A stretch of 64,000 nt of DNA from NCBI RefSeq assembly GCF_018977255.1, contig NW_024704743.1, positions 80,850,001 to 80,914,000 on the forward strand. Reading direction: 5' to 3'. A model generated the notes under the pieces. It did no database searches, was not told the DNA's origin, and worked only from the letters and a program-made list of their open reading frames with translations. This document shows, one piece after another, positions 24,462 to 37,358 of the stretch. The position numbers and the translations under genes were made by a program. The DNA is from Callorhinchus milii (taxonomy: Eukaryota). The stretch's first letter is position 1; every line of letters begins with the position of its first letter.

Positions 24462-24790
24462 ATGGGGTAGTTGTGAGTGTTCTCGCCTCGCAAGCAAGAG
24501 GACCTAGGTTTGCTTCTCGGATGGGGTAAAATCTTATATGCATTACCTTACTCCACACGCCTCTGCTTACCTAACAATAAGTAGGAACCTAGGGGTTAGT
24601 CGATTGGCAGATAACTTTCTTGGGGTAATAATCCCTCAAAAAAAATCAATCCATGACCCTCTGTGAGATACTGTCGCGTTTCCCCATAAAATATTCAGTC
24701 AATCCACTTTTAAAAATATATTCTGTGAAGCACTTTGAAAAGTCTCAACATGATAAAGCGCTAAATCAAATGCAAGCATTATTATTAGTA
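24462..24790 (+). mobile_element. Long-form tRNA SINE (diverged)
   Basis: tRNA-like head, extra central segment cgcctctgcttacctaacaataagtaggaacc, tail tcaaatgcaagcattatt. Confidence 0.7.
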
Positions 24791-25237
24791 GTAGTAATTG
24801 ACATCAGAGTTTATTCAGCAATACAGGGGAATATCAAAGCTTAAAAGTAATACAGTGTAAGGTTGGACCTTCCCTAAATGAACAGGAATAATAAAGGGTC
24901 TCTGATCATATGTAAAGTATTCCACCCTGACTGTTATTTCATAATGGGGCAGCCTGGAAGTTGAATCAAAATGTGGAAATGAGTTGTTTTAAAATTGGAA
25001 GTTGTTAACGTTTTGGTGGAACCAGGTGTTTAAATGTTTTGTTCTTCAAATGTGCGTTTGTGTGTGGTGGATCTCTTTATGTGTTTATCTGTGTGTTTGT
25101 GCTAGTGTTAGTTAGTGTGCGTGTGTTTATGTGCATGCGGATTTTAACCCCCACATATGTGCCTTGACCCGTTCAACTTTCCCCCACGTCCGCAACATTG
25201 TTTGCATTCACCAGTTCCTCTCCCTTGAGGCCACCAC

Positions 25238-26246
25238 CAACAACAACAAGATTGCATTTATAGAGCGCCTTTCACGTCGGGAGGACGTCCCAAGGCGCTG
25301 GGCAGTTTGGTTAGGGACCCGAGCAGGGTGGAAATGGTCAGGGTGAGGGGAGGGAAGGGAAGGAGCGAGGAGGGGGTAGAGAGTAGAGAGGGGAGCTGAA
25401 GGCACGGTCAAAGAGAAAGGTCTTGAGATCGGCCTTGAAGGGAAGGAGGAAAGGGAGGAGGCGGCGAAGGCACTGGGGGATGGAGTTCCAGAGCCTAGGA
25501 GCTGAAAAGCTGAAGGCCCGGCCAACAATGGTAGGGCTGTTGGGGCGGGGGATGTGGAGCAGACCAGAGCCAGAGGAATGGAGGGTACGGGCAGGTATGT
25601 AGGGGTATAGTAGGTAGGAGAGAGCAAGGCCGTGAATGGCCTTGTAGGTGAGGATGAGGATCTTGAATTCGATCCTCTGGGGGATGGGGAGCATGTGGAG
25701 GCGAGCGAAGGTGGGAGTGATGTGGTCACGAAGTCTGGTGCGGGACAGTACACGAGCTGCAGAGTTCTGAATGACCTGCAGCTTGTGGAGGGAGGTGCCG
25801 GGAAGGCCGGCGAGGAGAGAGTTCCCATAGTCCAGCCTTGAGGTGATAAAGGCGTGGACCAGAGTTTCAGCAGCGTGAGGGGTGAGGTAGTGCTGTAGTC
25901 TGGCGATGTTTCGGAGGTGATGGAAGGCGGTGGCAGTTGTGGCGCGGATACGAGGAAGAAAGGACAGCTCAGGGTCGAACAGAACCCCGAGGTTCCTGAC
26001 CGGCTTTGAGAGGTGGAGAGTGCAGCCTTGGATGCTGATGCTGTCAGCGCCTGAGGTGCGGAGGCGCTGACATGAGCTAATCAGGAGGGCCTCAGTTTTG
26101 CGCACGTTGAGCTGAAGAAAGTTGTCTCTCGTCCAGGACTCGATGTCAGACAGGCAGGCTGTCAGGACATCAGTGGTCGTGGAGTTAAGGGTAGAGGAAG
26201 AAAGGTAGAGTTGGGTGTCATCCGAATACATGTGGAAGTTAACCAA
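25238..26246 (-). mobile_element. Young 5'-truncated L2 (RT C-terminal part open for 302 aa)
   Basis: YSDDTQLY...NFLQLNVRKTE...VRNLGVLFDPEL...HAFITSRLDYGNSLLAG...RIEFKIL; (TTG)n tail. Confidence 0.93.
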
Positions 26247-26579
26247 GACTTTTATCCATCATTATTGTGTGTTGCATGTGTGCATTTGGGGGCGGGGGAA
26301 GGAGTGGGGTTCCGATTCTGAGTTCATGCATTTTCCCCAAAATAGGCTGATTATGGGATTTAAAAACAAACATGAAATAAGCTGTCATGCTATGTCATGC
26401 TTTTCACTACACATTTAGATGCGTAAGTCCTGTGGTTACAGTAAAATGATATTTTCCCACTTAAAAATAACCAGATGTACAATGTATAGTAGAAGCTCAT
26501 GAATTGTGGTTTTGAGTTACCAGTTAGCAGGGTCTAGACTTTACTCTGACTTTTTTTCTTTTGTCAATAAAATTTCCGC

Positions 26580-27478
26580 TAACCGCACCTCAGGCCCTGG
26601 CAGCATAAGCATTCATGGATGTACACTCCACCTCATCAAGCCAGTCAGGAACCTGGACATTTTCTTTGACCCTCAACTGTCCTTTCTCCCCCACATCCAT
26701 GCCATGACCCGCTCTGCCGTCCCCCACCTCCGCAACATTGATCGACCCCACCACTGCTTCACCTCTTGTAATGAAGGTTCATTACAACCAGGCTGACCTC
26801 CATTATGGGATTTAAAAGCAAACATGAAATAAGCTGCTCTCTATGTCATGCTTTTCACTATACATTTAGATTTGTAAGTCCTGTGGTTACAGTAAAATGC
26901 ACACATGCCAACACACAGTAAAAAGGACCAACTCCCTGCTTGCCGGCCGTCCCAACTCTTGCTTCTACAAGCTGCAGATCATCCAGAACTCTGCAGCTCG
27001 TGTCCTCTCCCACACCCGGCTCCATGACCCCATCATCCCCACCCTCGCCCGGCTCCACTGGCTCCCCATCCCTCTGAGGATCGAGTTCAAAATTCTCATC
27101 CTCACCTTCAAGGTCTTTCATGGCCTTGTCTCCTCCTACCTCTCCATCCTGCTAACCCTAATCAACCTGTCCGCTCCCTCCACTCAGCAGGCTACGGCTC
27201 GCCCCACCATGGTGGGGTTGGTCCTTCAGTCTCTCTGCCCCCACCCTCTGGAACTCCATATCACATTGGTTTCATCTCACTCCTTCCCTTGCCTCCTTCA
27301 AGGCACACCCCAAGACCCTCCTGTTCAACGTGGTTTCAGCCACCCTCCCACCCCCACCTTCCTCGCCTTCCACCCTCCCTGATCCCAACCCCCACTCAGG
27401 TCCTAATCCCTGACTGGTCAACGCCTTGGGAAATCCTCCCAACATGAAAGGTGCTTTACAAATGTAATTTTGTATTGT
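26580..27478 (+). mobile_element. L2 3' fragment interrupted by a copy of local unique sequence
   Basis: L2 peptides on both sides (VRNLDIFFDPQL; NSLLAG...IIQNSAARVL). Confidence 0.8.
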
Positions 27479-29313
27479 TTCACTGAGACGTCTCAAAGAG
27501 CTATACAGAATATATTGTAAAGTAGATTGACTGTATATTTTGTGGGTGAAACGTGGCAGTCAATTGTGCACAGCAGTGTCCCACAAACAGTCGTAGATTG
27601 AGAGATCCAATTTTTTTTCACATAGGGTAAAGGCCATGGTCATATGCATATAACCAAAACACTACAATATCAGTTTTACATTACGCAAATATGGCCTAAA
27701 ATCTGACCATAAAGTGGAAATAACAGTCGCTAATTTGTGTGTGAAAAGCAGCTGATTTTTTTTGAAAATATATATTTATTTATAAATAATATTTAGTACA
27801 ATAGAAATCCAAAACAAACACAACATCTGTTACAATGTTTCTCGTCTTCCTGATATAAAAAAAATTCTGTTGTTTATGGTACATTCCTTCACCGCACATA
27901 GGCTGTGCACACGTTTTTTGGGACACTCCCTTTAAAACATTCGGGAGCTGCCTCTGTGTACACCACATCCATGTGAGTGCCCGCACACACTCTGGTGTGT
28001 GAGAAGCATCTGAAGCTATATTTACATTTCGCTGACTCCATTTCATTGCTCTTTAACTTTCCACTATGCCTCATTTATCTCATTGGCGCTCACGTCACTT
28101 TGAAAGAAATCATCTGTTCAGTATTCCAGAAAAGGAGGGTACAATATCCAAACATCCTGTCACCAGCTATTGTATTACTCCCCTCTGAGTTTCTGGCTAA
28201 GATTCCAGAGTCAGAATGAACCAACACTCAGTCTCTATGACTCACCCTCTCCCTCGCTCCTTCCCCACTTTCAAATTCCACCACAAGGCTTATCTTATGA
28301 CCATGCTTTCAGTCATCTTCCATCTTTCCCACACATACACACACTGTTCAACTCCCCCCTTGCAGCTCGGGTGCCTAGCCCGCTGCGTAAAGCACTTTGA
28401 GACAACCTCCCAACCCAAAAGACACCATATAAATGTAAGTTGTATATTGTATATAAATGTAAATTGTGTATAAATGTAAATTGTACATGTATTTATTTCT
28501 CCCTCTCCCCCCACTCACCAATAAAGTTGAAGTTTAATTAACTCTCGAGTTCAGTGCAGATGGCAAGCAATGGAGTGTACATCAAACTTCAGAAAATCTC
28601 TCCAGTTTCTGGTCTGCAAATTTTAGTTCATTGACCTTAATGCAGAAAAGAAAACAGAGACAAGAAAGTATGACACTCACTAAATGAGTAAACACTATGA
28701 ATATATCATCACATTTAATGAACAACAAAGCTCTATGCTGATAGAGCTATGAGTAATGTTTATTATTTTTATTATTCCCACCATTCGGATAAGACGTTAA
28801 ACCGAGGTTGCGCTTCCCTGTTCAGATGGACATGAAAGATACCATGGCACTATTCGTAAAGAGTAGAGTTTCTCCAGGCTGGAAGCTGCCTGTCTCTGTT
28901 TTAACTAGGTGAATAATGAGTCAATAAACATTCCTATGTTCCTTTCAACTCTTGGCAAGTTCTATCCCTTCCAAGAGTATGTGTCTATACTTGCAACTGA
29001 AACTCCACTCTTTCCACTTTTATAATAATAATCTTTGTATTTGATATATATCTTGTATCATCAATATGTCTCAAATTGTTTTACACAATTTACTTGAATA
29101 TGTAATTATGTTCTGATTTTCTGATTAGCCTTCCTCTATACAGCTCAGAGAGTGCAGTGGAATGTGTTCAGGAAAAGCATCAATAGAGATTATATCAGAG
29201 CTTGCTTACAGAAATATGTTGGGAAAATTAATTGGTATTTCTGTAAAATGTAATGATATTTACTGTGAATTTGTAGTTGAAAGCAACAGCCAACTTGAGC
29301 GCAGAATTTCCCA

Positions 29314-31308
29314 TAACAACAATAAGATTACATTTGTATAGCACCTTTCACATTGGGAGGATGTCCCAAGGCGCTGGACAGAGTACAGCATTTCAGACCC
29401 GAACTGGGGTCAGGGGGAGAAAAATGAGGGGAGGGGAAGGGGGGTGGTCAATGGCATGGTCGAAGAGGAGGGTCTTGAGGCAGGACTTGAAGGAGGCTAA
29501 GGAGGGGGCGAGGCAGAATGATTGGGGGATGGAATTCCAGAGGTTGGGGACAGAGTGGCTGAAGGCTCTCCCGCCAATGGTGGGACCAGTGGATCAGGGG
29601 ATATGGAGCAGGCCAGAGCCGGCTGAGTGGAGGGAACGGGCAGATTGGTAGCAGGTTAGGAGGTCGCAGAGGTAAAGTGGCGTGAGGCCATGGTGGGCTT
29701 TGTAGGTGAGGACCAGGATTTTGAACTGGATCTTCTGAAGGATAGGGAGCGAATGGAGTCGGGCGAGAGTGGGGGAGATTTCCCAGACTACAGTACAGAG
29801 TTTGGTGCGGGAGAGGACACGGGCTGCAGAGTTCTGGATTATCTGCAGCTTGTGGAGGGAGGAGTTGGGAAGGCCGACAAGCAGGGCATTTGCATAGTCG
29901 AGCCTGGAGGTGATGAAGGCATGAACAAGAGTTTCAGCGGCCTGAGGGGTGAGGTAGTGGCAGAGTCGGGCGATGTTACGGAGGTGAGGGAAGGCAGAGT
30001 GGGTCATGGCTTGATGTGGGGAAGAAAAGACAGTTGAGGGTCGAACAAGACACCTCGGTTCCTGACTGACTTGGTGAGTTGTAGTGTGCAACCATGGAGG
30101 TTAATGTTGCCAGAGCCTGAGGTGCTGAGGCCCTGGCGCGAGTCAATCAGGAGGGCCTCAGTCTTGTTCACATTCAACTGTAGGAAATTTGCCCTCATCC
30201 AGGACTTGATGTCCAACAGGCAGTCTGTCAGGACAGCAGTGGTCCTGGAGTTGAAGGTGGAGGCAGAAAGATAAGAGTTGGGTGTCATCCGCATACATGT
30301 GGAAGTTGATTCAATGTCTGCAGATGATGTCACCAAGGGGGAGCATGTAGATATTAAAGAGGAGAGGGCCAAGGACAGAGCCCTGGGGGTCGCCAGACGT
30401 GACAGTGCGGGGGCTGGAGGAGAAACCGTTAGAGGCAGCAAAGTGGAGATAGTGAGAGAGATAGGAAGCGAACCAGGCAAGGGCAGGTCCACGAAGATTA
30501 AGTAAAGCGGAGAGGCGGTGTATGAGGATGGAGTGGTCGACAGTGTCAAAGGCGGCAGAGAGGTTGAGGAGGACAAGGAGGCAGATGGAGCCCTGATCAC
30601 AGATGTTCAGAATGTCATTAGTGGCTTTGACCAGAGCTGTTTCCGTGCTATGGGCAGCGTGGAAGCCGATTGGAGGGGTTCAAAGAGGGAATGGTGAGAG
30701 AGAAAAGAGCGGAGCTGGGACATGACGACTCATTCCAGGACCTTGGAGAGGAATGGGAGGTTAGAGATGGGGCGGTTGCTGGAGAGGAGGGATGGGTCCA
30801 GGGAGTGCTTTTTCAGGATGGGGTTGATGACAGCGTTTTTAGTGGGGTGGGAACTGAACCGGTGGACAAGGAGAGTTGATGACGTCGGACAGGAGAGGGG
30901 TCAGAAGGTGAAGCTGGGAGATGAGGAGAGAGGTGGGGATGGGATCGAGGGAGCAGGTGGTGGGTTTGAGTTTGCGAACAGTCGCGGTGAGGAAGGAGGG
31001 AGAGATAGGATCGAACGAGTATAGGGGGTGATAGGTGGGTCATGAGGCAGAGGTGATGTGGGGGTGATGATGGACGGGGCAGAGGTGGCTGAACGTATCC
31101 CCTCGATTTTGGATTCGAGGAAGTCCAGCATCTCCTCACAGTTGGAGTTTGAGGAGACGATGGGCGAGGTATGGGAAGGTGGATGGAGAAGACGGTTTGT
31201 GGTGGAAAAGAGAAGCCTAGGGTTGTCCTTTGCCTCCAAGATAACCTTGGAGTAGAAGGAGGATTTGGCGGAGGCAAGAGCGCAGGGATAGGTCTTGGTA
31301 TGGTGAAG
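29314..31308 (-). mobile_element. About 2-kb L2 fragment (RT domain, frameshifted)
   Basis: ORF2 remnants (NPRLLFSTTNRLL; SWMRANFLQLNVNKTE; HAFITSRLDYANALL) and L2 tail. Confidence 0.9.
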
Positions 31309-32137
31309 CTAAATCTGCTGATGGACTGTTAGAACCAGCATAAACAGCAATTAAGTCAATTAACAATTTTATTTGGGGATTTTTCACCTCTTCCAAAAGC
31401 TTCTCCCTCCCCCGCACAATCGCATGTAGCATTCTTCAGGGCTCTATCCTCAATTCCTCTCTTTTACATCATCTATATTTTCTAACTTGGTGGCATAACC
31501 TGCAGGCCAGTGGTACACTTCCACATATGTGAAAATGTCACCCAACTCTATCTCTCTGCCTTTACTCTTGATTTAAGCACCACTGCTGACTAGTGCCATG
31601 AGATCTTTACTGGTCACCTAACAGGCAGACAAGACCTTGGTTTAACGTTTTGTCCAAAATTGTGGCTCTCCAACAATGCAGCACTCCCCCAGAACTGCAA
31701 TGGAGTGTCAGCCTCGATTATAAGCTTGAAATACTAAACTAGGGCTTGAATGCATATTCTTCTGATTTAGAGGTGAGAATTCTTCCAAACTGACATCAAA
31801 CACATAGGAATCAGCCTCATTAAAATTATGCTAAATAAAGGGACCAATACCCATTTGATAAAAATAATCCTTGCATTGAATATAGTGCCTTATCATGTCA
31901 AGACATCTCAAAACCCTTCACAGGATATACTGTAAAGTGATCTGATTGTGTGTATTTTGTGGGTTAAACTAGCAGCAATGTCCTACAAAGAGCCATGGAG
32001 TGAATGAACAATTTTATCTGAGGGATTGTTGCCCAGGATATTGGGAGAAATTTTATTCACTTCTCGAATAGTGTCAACAAGCTTTAATGTTCAACCAGAT
32101 AGGCAGACGGGGCATCAGTTTAACATCTAATCCGAAG

Positions 32138-33440
32138 CAATAACAACAACAAAATTACATTTGTATAGCGCCTTTCACGTCAGGAGGATGTCCCAAGGTG
32201 CTGGACAGTCAGTGTTTCGGACCCGAGCTGGGGATCGGGATTGGGGAGGGTGGAGAGGGTGGAGCAGGGTGATTGAGATGGGTCTTGAAGGAGGAAAGGG
32301 AGGAGACGAGGCAGAAAGTCTGCAAGATGGCGTTCCAGAGGGTGGGGGCAGAGTTGGAAAAGGCTTGCCCGCCAATGATGGGGCGGGCAAGGCGGCGGAT
32401 GTGAAGCAGGCCGGAGTATCCTGAGCGGAGGAAGTGGGCAGGATGGTAGGGGTCACAGAGGTAGAGGGGAGCAAGGCCATGGAGGGCTTTGAAGGTGAGA
32501 ATCAGGATCTTGAACTATATTTGCTTGAAGGAGAGGACACAGACTGCAGAGTTCTGGATGATCTGCACCATACAGAGGGAGGAGTTTGGGAGGTTGATAA
32601 GCAATGAGTTTGCATAGTCAAGCCTCGATATTATGAATGCATGTATGAGGATTTTGGCGGCCTGCGGTGTGAGACAAGTGGCGGAGCCGGGTGATGTTCC
32701 GGATGTGGGGGAAGGCAGAGCGGGTCACAGCACGGATGTGGGGTAGAAAGGATAGTTGAGGGTCAAACCAGACACCAAGATTCCGGTCTAGCTCAGTGAG
32801 GTGAAGTGTGCAACCATGGATGGTGATGCTATCAGCGCCTAAGGTGTGGAGGTGCTGACGGGAGCCAATCAGGAGGGCCTCAGTCTTGTTGACGTTCAAC
32901 TGAAGAACATTAGCTCTCATCCAGGACTTGATGTCTGACAGACATTCTGTCAGGACAGCAGTGTTCCTGGAATCAAGGGTGGAAGCAGAGAGGTACAGTT
33001 GGGTGTCATCTGCATACATGTGGAAGGTTGAAGGCGCTTAGGATGAGGAGTCATTTGGAGCAGGGGGAAAGGGAAGATAGGAAGGTGTAGATGTCGGGGA
33101 AGAAGGTGGGGGAGGCCTTGGGGGACAATAGATAAGGAGAATTTTGAGGGTAATTTTGGTGGGGTGATAAAGGGTAAAGTGCTCGAAGGAGGGGAAGGTT
33201 CCAGAGGAGTAAGGGGATAGGCCGAGCGGGCTCCGGGAGATGAGAGCCACCCCGTCACCATGGCGGTTAGGTCGTGGGGTATGATGGAATGTGTAGCCAG
33301 GTGGTTTGGCCTCTATCGGGGGAAGGTGTCGCCTGGAGTGAATCAGGTTTCAGTGTGGGGGAAGATGTCAATATTTTCGTTGACAATGAGGTCTTGGATG
33401 GTGTGTGTTTTATTGGAGGGGGAGCAGATATTTTGTAGGC
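32138..33440 (-). mobile_element. Internally deleted L2 (endonuclease N-terminus joined to RT C-terminus and 3' tail)
   Basis: LQNICS..KTHTIQDLI..ENIDIF..TET and FEH...ILLIYCPP (endonuclease) directly precede YADDTQLY. Confidence 0.75.
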
Positions 33441-36249
33441 CGATGGGGAGGGAACAGAAGCATGGCACCTCCAACAATACAACATCCCAGCACTGCACTG
33501 TTAGCCTAGACTGAACGAGCCTTGGTACTTGAACCCACAACTTTCTCACACAGAGGCAATAGTGCTACAAACTAAGCAAGCCTGGCACATAATTCAACAG
33601 CCAGTAGGCCCCAAGGCAGGTGGGAGATGAAGTTAATGGGAGTTATACCATTATTAAGCAGAACAATAGGGTCACAGCTAATGGTCTTCTTCATTCCAAA
33701 CCGTGTTGGTCTTAACAGGAAAGGAAACCTCAGATAAGGAACACAATTTAAACCAAGTTGAAGTAAGTTCACTGAAATTACAAAACATAAGGGGAAAATG
33801 AAAAGGGGAAATAAGAACAAAGAAATGGGAAAATAGCAACAGTGAAGTAGGGAATAATTGTGATAGCTCTCCAGGTTGTGCTTACACAAGTGGCCAGATT
33901 GACCAAGAAGTTTGATAACAGGCCACATCAAGAGCATTATGAAATGCTGCAAATCTCCAATTATTCCTGAAGAATAGCCAAATAACCAAATGTACTCAGT
34001 TTCTGATTGGGCGCATTCCTTTTTGTGCTGTGGATGTAAAACAAATTGTACTACATTGTTGTTTGGCATTGTGGCCCTGAGTGATTTTATTTTCAGCTCT
34101 TGAGTCAGGGTTTGAGAGCTTCTTAGCAGAATACCAACTGACTTAATTTGGCCTCCTGTTTTAAGCTGCACTCACAATTTCTCGCCAAATGGAGCAATCA
34201 TTGGCACATCCATTGTGCTGAAGCTATGGGGGGTGGAGGGTCGGGCAGTGTGGAAATCATCTGAATTTCGCATAGGAGAGTTTCATCTGAACTTTTACAA
34301 GGAGCTCCAGCAACGTGCATGTTATTGTTATATGAACAGCAACAGTGTTTCAGTGGAAAGGTTCAAGCTCCAGGCAAAAATCTTTTGCTCATACTCTAGG
34401 CTGACTTTCTAGTACAATACTGGGGATTTTATATTCACTCGCGCCTATGGTCACCTTCCCTCGGCCTTGGGCTCCACCATTGTTTAGCACTCTGAGATGT
34501 CGCCCAACATGGAGGTCGCTAGATAAGTGCAAGTTGTTGTTGTTGTTGTTTTAGCTGGGTTAACCCAATAGCTACTCCAATTGAAAAATGGTTATTCATG
34601 TCATGACTATAGGTGGGACATTCCTGTGCGCAAATTGGCTGCCTTGTTTGCTTGACAAAATACAGTCACTATATATCACTATATTTATGTAATGCATTTT
34701 GCCCACAAAATATACCATCAATTCACTTTATAGTATATTCTGTGAAGCGCTTTGAGATGTCTCGAAGATGTGATAAGGCGCTATATCAAATGCAAGGATT
34801 TTATTATTATTGTTATTTTACAATAAATCTTGTAAAGCGCTTTGAGAGGTCCTCCCAATGTGAAAGGTGCTATATCAATTGCAAGGATTATTATTTTATT
34901 ACTACTACTGCTAATAAAACTTAAAGAAATCTATAAAACTGACAAAGGTTTTCCATTCAAATGTGGTTTTCATGCTGCTTTTCATCCGTAAATTATGTTT
35001 TATTGTTGCACTGTGGCAATGAGGATAGAAATAATTCTCTGCAATCTGTTTTCCTCAAAGAGGATTGTTGGGGACAGGCATTGGCTGTCTGCTTGCCACA
35101 CAATTTACCGCATAAGCAGTCACTTCTTCAAAGAAGCAACAGTATTACCAGATCTGAATACCACAGATACATCAGAACTGAGCTTCTTTCAAAATAAACA
35201 TCAAGTGACTGCTGAGGTCTCCTACCACGATAATAAATGCTACTCTGCAATAAACAAATGTCAGTGTGGCATAAACAGCCTGACTACAGATGGAATCTGG
35301 ATTGGATAATGCAATGAAGGACAGGGATAATATCTTCCATTTTGTGTTGTGCTTTTCAGAGGTAAGCTCCCATTATGCTTGTTCTAAAATGTAGAGCTTG
35401 TTTATTTTATTTGTAACCCATTTTATGTAATGTTGACTTACCATAAACCAGAGGTTACTTAATTTTGCATGAAATGATGTGAGTCTGATACAAGCAGCAC
35501 CATATAAAGTCTTTAACTTTGGATTTTGTTTAACTTTCTGTGATAACTTTTTTTGTATATACAGCGTGAAATTAGCAGGGGTTTAGAAACAAGCTAGAAA
35601 GAGGTATTTCACCTCTGTATTTCAGTGCAGATGTGTTTCTGAAGAACTACTATCAAAGCACCTTAAGGCTTTAGTTAAAAGTTAAAATTGATTGCATTAG
35701 CTATAATTGTGAGTCAATCACCTTATAAGTTCAATAGTTGAATGATGATTTGAAGTTCGCAGTTTTGCAGTTGCTAGCGTAGCTCTGATTTTCATGAACG
35801 TCATAGTAACATTGAGAAAAAGCCAAAGAAACATGAGATCTTTGAAATGCATTATTTTATCAAATGTTTCTCTCCATGATAGATAAACAGCTACACATCT
35901 AGCTGGGCCTCAAGGGGAAAGATTAGCTAGCACATGATTAATTTACACTGGGGCCTTATTCTGGCAACCACTCAACAATCAGAGAATACTTAAATATACC
36001 CTGTACTTTAAAGCATTTAAATAATGTCACCCCTGTCAGTATATGCTTGCAAAACGGATTACTGCTAACAATACAGCCTTCTTGGTCAGAAACATAGACA
36101 TGTTTATCAAGGTAATAATCTTCGCATTTAATTCAGTGCGTCATGACTCCTGAAGTATCGTAGTTAAAGCATTTGTGGGGAATGTAGCAACCAGTTAGCT
36201 CGTGGCAATGGGCCACAAACAACCATGACATGAATAATAATAAGAATAA

Positions 36250-36982
36250 TATGTAAAATACTGCAGATACCGGAAACCTGAAACAAAAACAGAAGTCTTT
36301 AGGAACACTCAGCAGGTCAGGCAGAATTTATGGAGAAAGGAAAGTGAGTCAACGTCTCAGGTCCATGACTCTTCGTCAGAACTGGGGCACATTGGGAGGG
36401 AGAGGTTTTCAAGGGCTAACAGAGCGGGGGGAAGCAGGGCAAGGAAGACAAAAGAGAAAATGGGGTAGAGGACAGGGGACGATGGGTTAAAGAGGTGTTC
36501 ATGATGCAAAACAAAGGGGGTGCGGGGTTGCAACAAAGCAGGGGAATAAATGTGTTAATACTGCAAAACAAAGGGGGAAAAATTGCAACTAAATAGGCAG
36601 ACCAAAGAGAGAAAAGGTGTGTCTGGGACCCAGATGATGTGGTAATGGTCACAAAAGAAGGGGAGGGGGAAGGTGAGCTGTTATGGTCTGAAATTATTGA
36701 AATCAATATTGAGGCCAGAGGGCTGTAAGATCCCTAGCAGATGAGTGAGGTGCTGTTCCATGAGCTTGCGGTATGGCTCATCGGATCAGCGTAGGAGACC
36801 GTGGATGGAGAGGTCAGAGTGGGAGGGAGAGTTGAACTGGCAGGAGACTGGAAGCTCAGGGTTATGCTTGTGGACAGAACGGAGGTGTTCGGCAAATCCG
36901 TCGCCCAATCTGCATTTTGTCTCCTCAATGTAGAGGAGACCACATTGTGAGCAGCAAATGCAATAAACTACATTGGTGGTAG
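36250..36982 (-). mobile_element. Penelope-like element 3' fragment (GIY-YIG endonuclease remnant + terminal repeat with hammerhead-like motif)
   Basis: Minus-strand TTNVVYCICCSQCGLLYIEETKCRLGDGFAEHLRSV is a Penelope-type GIY-YIG domain. The terminal segment is shared with 10363-10490 and 62916-63031. Confidence 0.8.
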
Positions 36983-37358
36983 TATAATAATAATAATCCT
37001 TGGGTTTGAAATAGCACCTTATTATGTCTTTGAGACGTCTCAAAGTGCTTCACAGAATATACTGCAAAGTGAATTGATGAATTGACTGTATATTTTGTGG
37101 GCGAAATGTGGCAGCCAATTAATTGCATACAGCAGTGTCCCACAAACAGTCGTTGATTAAGTGACCAATTGTTTTTAAGGAATTATTATCCCCGGAAAAG
37201 CGATCCGCCAATCAACTAACAACTGGGTTCCTACTTACTGCTAGGTAAACAGAGACATGTGGAATAAAGAAACTTGCCCAACATTTCACCCTACCAGGAA
37301 TCAAACCCAGGTCTCTCGTTTGCGAAGCGAGTGCTCTAATCACTGAGCTAAAGGATTA
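36983..37358 (-). mobile_element. Long-form tRNA SINE, abutting the Penelope fragment
   Basis: Reverse complement shows the tRNA head, central segment and (ATT)n tail. Confidence 0.8.

Noticed and set aside
25338..26246. 302-aa ORF as a host gene
   Set aside because: It is the C-terminal part of L2 ORF2 in a 5'-truncated copy.
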